This document shows, piece by piece, positions 19,415 to 28,256 of a stretch of 64,000 bases of DNA. This DNA is from Salinispira sp. (GTDB taxonomy: Bacteria; Spirochaetota; Spirochaetia; DSM-27196; Salinispiraceae): assembly GCA_965602015.1 (NCBI GenBank), contig OZ271918.1, positions 3,616,001-3,680,000 of the forward strand, in the 5' to 3' direction. How positions within the stretch are numbered: position 1 is the stretch's first letter; the number at the start of each line of letters is the position of its first letter. A program made the translations under genes and the position numbers. The notes beneath the pieces were generated by a model. The model was not told the DNA's origin. It worked only from the letters and a program-made list of their open reading frames with translations, and made no database searches.

Positions 19415-20183
19415 CTGTCTGCCCCTCCAGTAATTCATTCACAAGGTTGAGGTATTCCTGGTAGGGCTTGGAGTCCTGTTTTAACTGAGCTTGAGGCTGG
19501 GCGAAAACTTGCGAAATTTCCGTTGTGCGATGGATAACTGTATCAGCGAGATAATCGGTGTACCCCTGACGGAGTGCATAGTGGAAGGACCGGGTTACAA
19601 CCAGGTTGTCGACATAAAAGTTTGGAGCGATAAGGATACGCTCAATATTTTTGCCGATATAACGCTGAGATCGCCTCACGCCCTCTATCAGAGAAAACGC
19701 CAAATCTAAGGCCATCACTGGCCATCCCTCTAATAATACGGGACAGATTACATAATCAGCAGCAGTCAGCGCCGACCTCGTCATCAATCCCGTGTTGGGG
19801 CTTGTATCAATAATTGCATAGTCGTATTCGGAAGCGACTTCCTCAAGGACGTCATTGAGGATGAAGATGGGATTATTCTCCGATGCGAGCTCAACCTCGA
19901 TATTCTGCAAACGCAGGTCTGCCGGAGCGAACGCTACATTCTCCCAAGGATGTACCAATATATCCTTGAGGTAAGCTTCACCGAGAAGAACTTCTCGGAT
20001 AGTGCGGTCATAGTTGTATTCTGGATCTTCATCCACAACCATATGCTGTGTTGCACTGGCCTGAGGATCCAAATCAATGAGAAGGACTTTAGAGCCTGTC
20101 TGGCTGAGTACTTGCGCAAGCGCAAGCGAGGTGGATGTCTTCCCACACCCACCTTTCACAGAGACGGTAGCAATTGTTTTCAC
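19407..20183 (-). CDS. parA: ParA/Soj-family ATPase
   Basis: Deviant Walker A KGGCGKTS, IDLDPQ, IIDTSP; GTG start with GGAGG. Confidence 0.92.
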   Translation of the reverse strand: MKTIATVSVKGGCGKTSTSLALAQVLSQTGSKVLLIDLDPQASATQHMVVDEDPEYNYDRTIREVLLGEAYLKDILVHPWENVAFAPADLRLQNIEVELASENNPIFILNDVLEEVASEYDYAIIDTSPNTGLMTRSALTAADYVICPVLLEGWPVMALDLAFSLIEGVRRSQRYIGKNIERILIAPNFYVDNLVVTRSFHYALRQGYTDYLADTVIHRTTEISQVFAQPQAQLKQDSKPYQEYLNLVNELLEGQTDD

Positions 20184-20256
20184 TTGGGACCTCCCAAGCA
20201 ATAAATTCTACCGTGATTTCAGATTCTCCAAAGCCCCTGAATTGAGAATCAAATTA

Positions 20257-21738
20257 TTAGTTTGACAATGGCACCTTTGAAAAGAACTCAAAAGTGTCAT
20301 CAATCATTTCATTCTCCCACCCGTGACCAACACCTGGATAGATTTTGAATTCAGCTGATCCTCCAACCGAATTAACAATTTCAGCAAAGACCGGTACTCT
20401 GTCTCGTGTTGTCATGCCAAAGTTTGCCATATAGAAATCCGCAAGTCCTCCATACAGGCTTACCGGGTCATTATGAATGTCGCTCTCACCAACAAAAATG
20501 AAATGTTCGACTGTCGTGTATTCGTCCAGCGAGAAGTGATTACCATCTATAGCTTGGATATTTGCAATTCCTATTTGATAGTTCAATTCCCTCCCACTGA
20601 TACTTGAAATGGGGAAGGTGTAAGCACCGGCAGCACCAATAGCAGTTGCTTCAACAAGGTCAGGATGCAAGAGAGGAAATACATTTGCCTGTATTCCACC
20701 ATTTGAGAAACCGGTAATGAACACTTTGCTGTGCATATCTAATCGCTCTGCTCGTGCTCGCTCAAGAAATCCAACTATAATACTCCGTATTTCGAGGTCA
20801 GGACGGGCCAGTGGATCATCTGAGTCTAGATCAGTGAGCATATACTCTTCGAGCATATATTGGGCCTGCCCTGGAATAAGCAGCTTTATCATGACATATC
20901 CGTACTCTTCACAATATTCTGAAAATGTCTCTGCATTGTTCTGCATACCGAATGCCAAAGCATCATAACTATCATGCCCCGGTAAACCATTCCCAACAAC
21001 CAGTGTCCGTATTGCAGAATCTCTTTTCAATGAAGATGGAAAAAAGTACATGAAGGCATACTTGCTGATTTCCGGGTCATTAACCAGTGTCAGTTTATCG
21101 AACATGAGAGTATCAAAGGATGATTGCTGAATGTTATTTATATTGGGATCAGAAGCAGCGTCTGAATCGACATCTACACCAAAACTGCCTTCAACAGGGT
21201 TCCTCGCAATTCTATCTAACATCTCCTGCAATAGAGGATTTGAGGTTAGCTGTTCCTCGAAAGTGGCTAAATCTGTAATCGATATAAATAACGTTTCTGG
21301 ATCATGCTGCCAAAAGACAACGCCGTACTCCTTGGTGAGCTCATCCAATAGCTCGAGATCGATGCCTTGAAATAAATCTACAGGGAAATCCCTGTCCCCG
21401 ATTCTTCTGATATATGTACTGTTCCCATCCTGAGGATACCAGTTACTTCCGCCAACAAGGTTTTCCAGAATTGAATAGAACTCTTCAACAAAGGGATACT
21501 CGGCATGTACCCAATATCCACGGATGCCAAAATCTTTATAGCTTTCGTCTACTCCCAATGGTTGGAACTGCAGCGATTCAACCAAGCCTTGATCGGTTAC
21601 GACGATCTCCTCAGGGGCGACTATTGCGGGAGTATTTTCAATATCAGGCTCTATGTTTTCATTTAACAAGTCTTCGGTGGTCGCGCATGAACCCAAGATG
21701 AGGGTAATGAGAAATAGTACGAGTGTAGCCTTTTTCAT
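20257..21738 (-). CDS. Lipoprotein with C-terminal alpha/beta-hydrolase domain
   Basis: Lipobox LGSC; GFSNGG nucleophile elbow; GESD; GVGHG. Confidence 0.8.
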   Translation of the reverse strand: MKKATLVLFLITLILGSCATTEDLLNENIEPDIENTPAIVAPEEIVVTDQGLVESLQFQPLGVDESYKDFGIRGYWVHAEYPFVEEFYSILENLVGGSNWYPQDGNSTYIRRIGDRDFPVDLFQGIDLELLDELTKEYGVVFWQHDPETLFISITDLATFEEQLTSNPLLQEMLDRIARNPVEGSFGVDVDSDAASDPNINNIQQSSFDTLMFDKLTLVNDPEISKYAFMYFFPSSLKRDSAIRTLVVGNGLPGHDSYDALAFGMQNNAETFSEYCEEYGYVMIKLLIPGQAQYMLEEYMLTDLDSDDPLARPDLEIRSIIVGFLERARAERLDMHSKVFITGFSNGGIQANVFPLLHPDLVEATAIGAAGAYTFPISSISGRELNYQIGIANIQAIDGNHFSLDEYTTVEHFIFVGESDIHNDPVSLYGGLADFYMANFGMTTRDRVPVFAEIVNSVGGSAEFKIYPGVGHGWENEMIDDTFEFFSKVPLSN

Positions 21739-21870
21739 AAGATCTCCATTTTATTAAGAAAGGCACCCATTAATTCTAAGCAACTGAGAGAGTTTTTCAA
21801 ATAGGATTTATTCCCATACGCAATAAAGCATAGTTCTTCCTAAAGATAATCCTATCTATGGGAGGGAATA

Positions 21871-22248
21871 ATGCAGAATCCAAGAAACCTTGATCCAGAT
21901 ATACACATCTACTATCCATTGCTCATCCACTACGGCGTGAATGCAGCAGTCCTCTGGGGCTGGGTTCAGTACCAGCTAATGGTGAAAAAGCTCCACATTA
22001 CCGACATCGGGATGGATACCTATCATATGCATGTCTCCAGGTGGCAGATAAAAGAAGAGATTGGCCTGTCCTTTGGAGAGCAAATAGATGCTGAGCTTGC
22101 ACTACTGGGTGCAGACCTGGTGACCAGTAGCCCAGTCAAATTTGATGAGGCAAGTTATTACGCTATGCCCTTGAATGAGGAAAAGCTCCGGTATTTTGTG
22201 AATAGCAAACGGCAGAAGTGGGATGTGAAGGCATATTTATTGCCATGA
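21871..22248 (+). CDS. Winged-HTH protein, paralog of the Rep N-terminus
   Basis: YGVNAAVLWG...IKEEIGLSFGEQIDA aligns by eye with 22475 and 23028 ORFs. Confidence 0.75.
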   Translation: MQNPRNLDPDIHIYYPLLIHYGVNAAVLWGWVQYQLMVKKLHITDIGMDTYHMHVSRWQIKEEIGLSFGEQIDAELALLGADLVTSSPVKFDEASYYAMPLNEEKLRYFVNSKRQKWDVKAYLLP

Positions 22249-22451
22249 GGACGTTCAAGGAGTACATCGACGCCAAGTTCGATGGACAGACCTATATCAT
22301 GGTATCGCTGACTGAAATTCAAAAGGATTGGAATATCGTCCTCAAGGATGTTTTTTACATGCTGGCAACCCTGCCATACCATCTGCGGCTTCATGAATCT
22401 GACCCAGAGATAATAGTCATAGTTGATCAGAAAAAGCTGTCCCACCGGTAA
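22245..22451 (+). CDS. Small hypothetical protein
   Basis: ATGA overlap with previous gene. Confidence 0.6.
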   Translation: MRTFKEYIDAKFDGQTYIMVSLTEIQKDWNIVLKDVFYMLATLPYHLRLHESDPEIIVIVDQKKLSHR

Positions 22452-22474
22452 AACACTTGGGTAAAGGAGGAATT

Positions 22475-22852
22475 ATGCGAGATATGCGCAGCGAAGAGCC
22501 AAAAATAGAAATCAATTATGCGTTATTGAAAACCCATGGTGTGGATGCTGCAATGCTCTACGGTTATCTGAAGTCAGTAGTTATCAGCTCTGATGCGACC
22601 ACGTTGAGTGATTTGACTGACCAGATATTTGATTTAGTTTTTAAACGAAAGAGCATTCAAGAAGCTATCGGCTTAAGCCCCGGTCAACAGCTTGATGCTG
22701 AACATCGGCTGCTGGGGACAGGGCTTTTGATTAGTAATAGTGATGATGAGCAGAATGTAGAGTATTTTCTTTCACCGGGGCATGAAGACGAATTCACCAG
22801 GTGGGTTTATTCCCGTGCTGCCGTCTGGAAACATGAACTTCTTCCAATGTGA
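22475..22852 (+). CDS. Winged-HTH protein, paralog of the Rep N-terminus
   Basis: AAGGAGG RBS; HGVDAAMLYG...IQEAIGLSPGQQLDA. Confidence 0.75.
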   Translation: MRDMRSEEPKIEINYALLKTHGVDAAMLYGYLKSVVISSDATTLSDLTDQIFDLVFKRKSIQEAIGLSPGQQLDAEHRLLGTGLLISNSDDEQNVEYFLSPGHEDEFTRWVYSRAAVWKHELLPM

Positions 22853-22906
22853 AAAACTTTAACCAAAAGCGCAACGAAAAGCATAGTTAATTACAAGATA
22901 ACTACA

Positions 22907-23005
22907 TGGTCCAGGACAAGACGGGAGAGCAGCTCGTCATGGATCACGTTATTCGCCCTTACCATGCTCTCACAGGGAAACCTGATGGTAAGGGCGATTT
23001 TATTT
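22907..23005 (+). promoter_or_regulatory. Structured rep leader: hairpin + bulged intrinsic terminator
   Basis: Stem TCGCCCTTACCAT 22953-22965 / ATGGTAAGGGCGA 22985-22997 + TTTTATTT; upstream stem-loop 22907-22946. Confidence 0.7.
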
Positions 23006-23027
23006 CTATGTAAAAAGGATGTGACTT

Positions 23028-24230
23028 ATGGAGTATCGTGATCCCAGACATGAATTGATAAACAAATCTGGATTTAACAAGTATCTACCTAAAATTGCCG
23101 CCAATATCGGCCCTCACTCAGCTATCTTCCTCTCTGAGCTTCTCAACTCAGATTCTTACTGGTACAAGAATCCAGAAAAATATTACGAGAAGACAGGCAA
23201 ACCATATTGGGGGAGATTTTACCACAGCCGAGAGATGATTGAAAAACGCACCGGTTTATCACCTTCTCAGCAACGAAAAGCACAAGAGGCTCTGAAGGAC
23301 TTTGAAATAATCTCTGTTATTTCTAAAGGTTTGCCCAGAAAGAATTACTATCTCATCGATTATCAGACTTTGAATGCCTTTCTCTCCAGTTGTTCTTACG
23401 ATGATGAAGAAGACTATAGTCAGATTCTTGAACAGCAAGAGGCTGAAAAACTTAACGACAAGACGTTAGAAAACTCAACATCAAGAGGTGAAGAAACTGC
23501 ACATCAAGACGTTAAAAAACTGCACATAAATAATAATAAAGGAATAATAAAAAAGAATAAGAATAAAGTAAGTAACGCAACTGACGGTGCTGAAGCACCG
23601 AAATCCAGCTTAAACTCTGTAAAACAGCAAAATTCATGCATTAAAGATGATATAGGTGGATCCCCGCCCGGCGCGCACGCGCAAAATCGGGCTACTGAAC
23701 CAATCAATCAGCCAACCAACTCTGAAGTTGATAGACTTATCCAGAAATATAACGCGGCAATGGGCATCGAATGGAATTATGGCGACAGAAAATCAGTTGC
23801 AAAGAACCTGTCCCGTATTCAAGCTGTGGAAAAGTATTTCACCCCGATAGCACTTTCCTATGCGTGGAAGAATATGGGAGATAAGGCCTGCAGAGAGCTA
23901 AAAGATAAGCGTATTTCGGGGTTTATTGGTTACTTTCTGCTTGATGAGGTCGAAAAACGAGGAGGGGAGATCTATGCCTATTGTGCTGATCATCTCGACT
24001 TCCAGCTTGATAGGGTGTTTAGGCGTTTTGAAAATTATATAAATGAGCAAGTGAAGCCGAAGGGGTATATCTGCGAGGGAGCAGACCTTGAGCCGATTGA
24101 TATTAAGGCAGACCTTAACACAAAGCAGCATAGGGAGCTGAGATACCAGATCTACAAACAGCATCTTGAGCCATTGCTGCTCGCAGAGGATGACTTTTAC
24201 GACATGATGATTACCTTGGAGGCAGAATAA
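23028..24230 (+). CDS. Phage-type replication initiator (wHTH N-terminus, internal iterons)
   Basis: IGPHSAIFLSEL...FYHSREMIEKRTGLS...GLPRKNYY; low-complexity linker containing DNA repeats. Confidence 0.8.
   Translation: MEYRDPRHELINKSGFNKYLPKIAANIGPHSAIFLSELLNSDSYWYKNPEKYYEKTGKPYWGRFYHSREMIEKRTGLSPSQQRKAQEALKDFEIISVISKGLPRKNYYLIDYQTLNAFLSSCSYDDEEDYSQILEQQEAEKLNDKTLENSTSRGEETAHQDVKKLHINNNKGIIKKNKNKVSNATDGAEAPKSSLNSVKQQNSCIKDDIGGSPPGAHAQNRATEPINQPTNSEVDRLIQKYNAAMGIEWNYGDRKSVAKNLSRIQAVEKYFTPIALSYAWKNMGDKACRELKDKRISGFIGYFLLDEVEKRGGEIYAYCADHLDFQLDRVFRRFENYINEQVKPKGYICEGADLEPIDIKADLNTKQHRELRYQIYKQHLEPLLLAEDDFYDMMITLEAE
23436..23570 (+). repeat. Four tandem 23-bp iterons followed by an A-rich tract (putative replication origin)
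   Basis: CAAGA starts at 23436, 23459, 23482, 23505; consensus CAAGASGYKRRRAAACTNMACRW; A/T-rich 23528-23570. Confidence 0.8.
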
Positions 24231-24532
24231 TGGCATACATACTTGTACGATCAGATCAGATTTCAAAGCACTCATGGGATTCGCAGTTATTTATCATTAC
24301 TGATAGTCCCCAGGAGTTCCTGCTATCTTTCAGCGGGTTTCTCGATGATAAAAAGGCGAACTTATCTGCAAATTTTGAAGTGAGTGAAACGATTATATAT
24401 AGCAAAGCTCGTGCAGCTGGAATCAAGGCTGATCTGAAGAAACAAAATCTCCGTCAGATAGAAATAACATCATCCTTGAAAGTCAAGATTGCAGATTGGA
24501 TCATGGAGTCGCCGGTACTCTTAACCCTGTAG
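24230..24532 (+). CDS. Hypothetical protein coupled to rep
   Basis: TAATG overlap. Confidence 0.65.
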   Translation: MAYILVRSDQISKHSWDSQLFIITDSPQEFLLSFSGFLDDKKANLSANFEVSETIIYSKARAAGIKADLKKQNLRQIEITSSLKVKIADWIMESPVLLTL

Positions 24533-24566
24533 TAAAAAAATGCTCCCCGAAGGGAGCTTGCACAAA

Positions 24567-25316
24567 TTATTTCTGAAATCCAGGAGGAAACTCATTCCAT
24601 TCTAAGCCATCCAGGACACGAATGCTTTGTTTATGATTAACGTTGAGCTGTTTGATGAAAAATGGCAGGCCAACGGTTTTGACTATATCCCGGATTGATC
24701 GCACCCAATCCAGGTTAAGAGGTCGGGCATTCTTGCCTGTCTCTGAACCAACCACTACCCAATCAACCTGATTGATATAATCACCGAGCACTATCTCATC
24801 CAGTATCGGCTCAACCGCTATGACCCTGGTGCCATTGATTGAACAGAGATGAGGAAGCCTCTCGTCGGCACTTTTCTGATTTTCAATGGACACTGAAAAT
24901 GCCATGTAATCAGGAGCTCCGTTGGGATACCTCTGATTGACTATTGAAGCCATCCGTTCAGCCCTCTTCGTCCAGAAGAGGTACTTGGGAATCGACCGCT
25001 TCCTGGTTACAGTAGCCTCAATCAAATCAAACACACGATGAATATCGTTGGTCGCAACCTTGTCCCAAAATAAATCCCCATTCTGACAGATTCCGACAAT
25101 GCCACTCTTCAGCTTAAGATTACTTGTTGTCATGCGGTTCTGGAAAATTGTTGCCTCATTGGGCTGCACATGGGCTGGGATTAGCCCCATCCTCTGGTGC
25201 CATGGGAAGATGCTATCCAGATACCAACAATTCTTACAGGCTGAAGAATATCGCTCACAGCCTATCACTGGATTCCAATCGCAGGTGAGAATATCACCGG
25301 GGTTATGTTTCGCCAT
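24567..25316 (-). CDS. DUF5131 (phage Gp37/Gp68-like, radical-SAM-like) protein
   Basis: WNPVIGCERYSSACKNCW, GDLFW, TKR, EPIL, DWVVVGSETG, FFIKQ; AGGAGG RBS; terminator 24534-24557. Confidence 0.9.
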   Translation of the reverse strand: MAKHNPGDILTCDWNPVIGCERYSSACKNCWYLDSIFPWHQRMGLIPAHVQPNEATIFQNRMTTSNLKLKSGIVGICQNGDLFWDKVATNDIHRVFDLIEATVTRKRSIPKYLFWTKRAERMASIVNQRYPNGAPDYMAFSVSIENQKSADERLPHLCSINGTRVIAVEPILDEIVLGDYINQVDWVVVGSETGKNARPLNLDWVRSIRDIVKTVGLPFFIKQLNVNHKQSIRVLDGLEWNEFPPGFQK

Positions 25317-25376
25317 ATAGCCTCCTATTTGTAACCTCAGTTATATAGACGAAATCAGGAACTCGCCGGATAGAAA

Positions 25377-26162
25377 TTAGCGGAGCCAACGTAATTTAAA
25401 TTTTCCGTGTTTCTCAAAGTATTCAGTCCGTTCAATAACCTTCCCCATCTCACAGGCGCTGTGTTCGAGGATGGAAAATTGGGAAATTCCAGATTCTTCT
25501 TTTAGCCTATCAATTTTGTACTGAAGGTTCTTATGGCGGTAAATGCGGTTGAGAAAGACAAAGGTTCCTGTATTGAAAGGTACTGAGCTGTCTGGATTAA
25601 TTCGCTCCGGGTACAAGGTGCTTAAATCCTTAGCTATTTCACTACCCAGAAAAATCAATCTCATCCCATGTGAGGCCTTGAAGTCTTTTGCAATTTCCTC
25701 AGCGGCATATGAGATTGATACTTCATCCCATGTCTGGAGTTTTCGATGGAGCTGATCGACGACAGGAAGAGCTGTTGAGACAAGGAAGTCAGCCATGCTC
25801 TGATCAGTCTTCAAGTAAATCTGATATGCCATCCGTCCAAAGTTTGGAAGCGGCTGGTTTTGGATGCGTTTGAGATCAGCCCGCCAATCTTGGGAGAGCC
25901 AATTTAAAAATGGTTTGGATGAGTATGCACTACGGTACATCACTGAATACAAGATAGTGGAGTGCATATCCATCCCTGCCACATGGGCAAACAGCATCTT
26001 GGTACCGCGATCATGATTGCGATCGAGGTTGGTTATACGGGTGTCTCTGAGAACTGGATTGGAAGTCCATGGCTCTGGCCAGCCAGCCTCTTTTTGAAGA
26101 CGGATGTTTTCTCGCTCATTAACAAAAGAAAGGAAGTCATGTACAGTCCAAATTCGACACAT
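25377..26162 (-). CDS. 5-hmdU DNA kinase helical-domain (aGPT-Pplase clade 1)-like protein
   Basis: FVNERENIR..KEAG.PEPWT.NPVL...TNLDR.HDRGT N-terminal signature; C-terminal EHSACEMGK. Confidence 0.75.
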   Translation of the reverse strand: MCRIWTVHDFLSFVNERENIRLQKEAGWPEPWTSNPVLRDTRITNLDRNHDRGTKMLFAHVAGMDMHSTILYSVMYRSAYSSKPFLNWLSQDWRADLKRIQNQPLPNFGRMAYQIYLKTDQSMADFLVSTALPVVDQLHRKLQTWDEVSISYAAEEIAKDFKASHGMRLIFLGSEIAKDLSTLYPERINPDSSVPFNTGTFVFLNRIYRHKNLQYKIDRLKEESGISQFSILEHSACEMGKVIERTEYFEKHGKFKLRWLR

Positions 26163-26222
26163 GACTTCCCATCTTATCGTGATGAGCAATTCATGCGAGC
26201 CGGAAACCGGAATTATTTCCGC

Positions 26223-26588
26223 TTAAGCCGCTGATGCAAAGTTGTCATAAACCAGCTCACGGTCAGAAAACTTGTGAAACATTGAACCCTGCTGGATGAA
26301 AGGTTCAACTTTAAATGCTGTGATGATGTATAGCCACTCAGTGTTATGTCGATTTCGACCCACGACTATCCGATAATCAGTTCCGGCAATGCGACAGTCA
26401 AGCTGTCCGTAGTGACCCTGTGAATTAAAGCCAGTGGTGTATTCTCCCTCTTTCGCCATCAGTCGAACAATGGGCAAAACCTCCCCAATCCCCGAATCAA
26501 CCAGACGCTGTTTCGCATGATATCCCATGCCAAACTGACGATCCTGAAGTTTCTGCCGGACTTCTTTCTCGGTAAAAAATCTATTCAT
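26223..26588 (-). CDS. DUF4258-like small protein ending -ASAA
   Basis: YHAKQRL...RIVVG...YIITAF; AAGGAG RBS. Confidence 0.6.
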   Translation of the reverse strand: MNRFFTEKEVRQKLQDRQFGMGYHAKQRLVDSGIGEVLPIVRLMAKEGEYTTGFNSQGHYGQLDCRIAGTDYRIVVGRNRHNTEWLYIITAFKVEPFIQQGSMFHKFSDRELVYDNFASAA

Positions 26589-26644
26589 CTGTTAACTCCT
26601 TCGTGGTATATGAACGGAATCTCCGGCCCTAAGGCCGGAGTAGC

Positions 26645-27226
26645 TTAGGCTGCCTTCTGAAGTGGTGGCCTCCAGAAACCATAATCTTCGGTGATGTCAC
26701 AGGCGTCCTGACCGGTTCTGCCGTCTGCTGTGACCAGCTCGTTACCCCAGCTGTGCCATCCCTCCCGTTTGTTACGGGCAAAGATTTCAAGGTAGGGACC
26801 AGGTGAAGCCCGTTCGATGAGTTCATAAAACTCATGGGGTTTAGCGCTGTGCTCCAACCGAGGAGCATGGATGATGGACTCAATTGCCGACATCTCTTTT
26901 GGCTTTCTCGGCTTACCTCTCACCCCAAAGAGCAGCAGTTCATGCTTGGTGCGAAAGTAATACCCAAGACCGATCTTGTCCTTCACCCAGGCAAGATTGG
27001 TGACGTAGCGGAATCCCCAGTCTTCTATGACCTGAAGAGCTTCGGGCAGGAAGTTACTGACTGTCCACATGTACAGATGGGACCTAGGGTCTGCGATCTC
27101 TTTCACCCAATCACCCATCAAAGCGATAGAATCAACGGACATCGTGGTGTAGTAGTTTGCTGCACCTTTGATTCCTCCGCTCTGCTGGGGCCAGGGGGGA
27201 TCTGTGTAAATGGTTTTGTACTTCAT
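26645..27226 (-). CDS. MT-A70 family (N6-adenine) methyltransferase ending -QKAA
   Basis: YKTIYTDPPW, LYMW, WGFRY, GLGYYFR, HSAKP, LEIFAR, WGNE; GGAGG RBS fixes ATG at 27226. Confidence 0.92.
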   Translation of the reverse strand: MKYKTIYTDPPWPQQSGGIKGAANYYTTMSVDSIALMGDWVKEIADPRSHLYMWTVSNFLPEALQVIEDWGFRYVTNLAWVKDKIGLGYYFRTKHELLLFGVRGKPRKPKEMSAIESIIHAPRLEHSAKPHEFYELIERASPGPYLEIFARNKREGWHSWGNELVTADGRTGQDACDITEDYGFWRPPLQKAA

Positions 27227-27281
27227 ACAACCTCCAGGTGATATGAACGAAATCCCCAGCCCGGAGGCTGGGGCGAATAGG

Positions 27282-27683
27282 TCAAGCAGCAAGAAATGCC
27301 TGGTCAGTTTTTGCCTTTCTGGCGGTCTTGATGATCTTTTGATAGTGCATACTACCTGGTAGGAGTACGTTGACCGCCATGATGTCGTGATCGAAATTGA
27401 ACCCGAATGTGCCATCGTTGCGAGCATGTTCGATATGACGATCAAACTCCTTCTCCCAAGTCGACTTCGACTCAGCCATGACAATCGAAAAACCAGAAAG
27501 TTGTTTCCAATCATTGATGACAGCCAGCATGTTGGTATACAACCGCTCACGTGAGCTAATCCGACCAATCACCCCTCCGTAAATCTTGTCATAAACAAGG
27601 ACCATAAGCAGTTCATTGCTCTGCCGCTGCTTTGCCTGTTTGACTCGTTCTTCATATGAGCCTCTGCGCTTTGCTTCTCCCAT
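27282..27683 (-). CDS. Hypothetical protein (MGEAKRR N-terminus) ending -FLAA
   Basis: AAAGGAG RBS before ATG 27683. Confidence 0.7.
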   Translation of the reverse strand: MGEAKRRGSYEERVKQAKQRQSNELLMVLVYDKIYGGVIGRISSRERLYTNMLAVINDWKQLSGFSIVMAESKSTWEKEFDRHIEHARNDGTFGFNFDHDIMAVNVLLPGSMHYQKIIKTARKAKTDQAFLAA

Positions 27684-27744
27684 ACCTGCTCCTTTGTGCT
27701 GGCAAAGATGCGTCTGCAGGTAACCCTGCAGACATCTCAATTTC

Positions 27745-28032
27745 TCAATCCAGGTAGTAACAGAGCTCTTCATCCGACATAGCGTCTGCTACCTCATACA
27801 ACTTGATAATGGGATCAAAATCTGCAGTCTCAGAATGAATCTGCTCCAGACCGGGAATATGGTTGTGGGTTTGGAACTTGTGCCTTTGCAGTAACAGGCC
27901 AACAATGTAATCTGCCTGTTCGTAGTCAAACGTATAATAGTTTCTGAGGCTGCGTATCGCCTGTTCATAGGCCCTGTGAAGTGGCTTGAGTCGAGGTTCG
28001 TTTTCAACGAGCGTGTTACTCCATGTGTTCAT
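27745..28032 (-). CDS. Hypothetical protein
   Basis: AGGAGG RBS. Confidence 0.7.
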   Translation of the reverse strand: MNTWSNTLVENEPRLKPLHRAYEQAIRSLRNYYTFDYEQADYIVGLLLQRHKFQTHNHIPGLEQIHSETADFDPIIKLYEVADAMSDEELCYYLD

Positions 28033-28100
28033 CTGAACACCTCCTGATAAAGGGGTTTATTTAACAACTGCTGTTCTGTCTGGTCTCGAATCTTGTGCAT
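28029..28100 (-). CDS. 23-aa micro-ORF coupled to the 28032 gene
   Basis: AAGGAGG RBS; MHKIRDQTEQQLLNKPLYQEVFR*; ATGA overlap. Confidence 0.5.
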   Translation of the reverse strand: MHKIRDQTEQQLLNKPLYQEVFR

Positions 28101-28256
28101 AATCAACCTCCTTTTCTTTTTAGGCTTTGAATTTCAAAACCACGGATTGCCTGCTTAACTCAGCTGTGAAGTGCCGGCAATCCTTTTGGATGAAACCTCA
28201 CAACCGTTTGGAGTCTCTTGCTGGCTCCGGTTATATGAACGAAATCTCTCCCTTCC

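Noticed and set aside
27227..27568. N-terminal extension of the MT-A70 ORF in the track (307 aa)
   Set aside because: Overlaps another gene, a hairpin and the motif; strong SD supports ATG 27226
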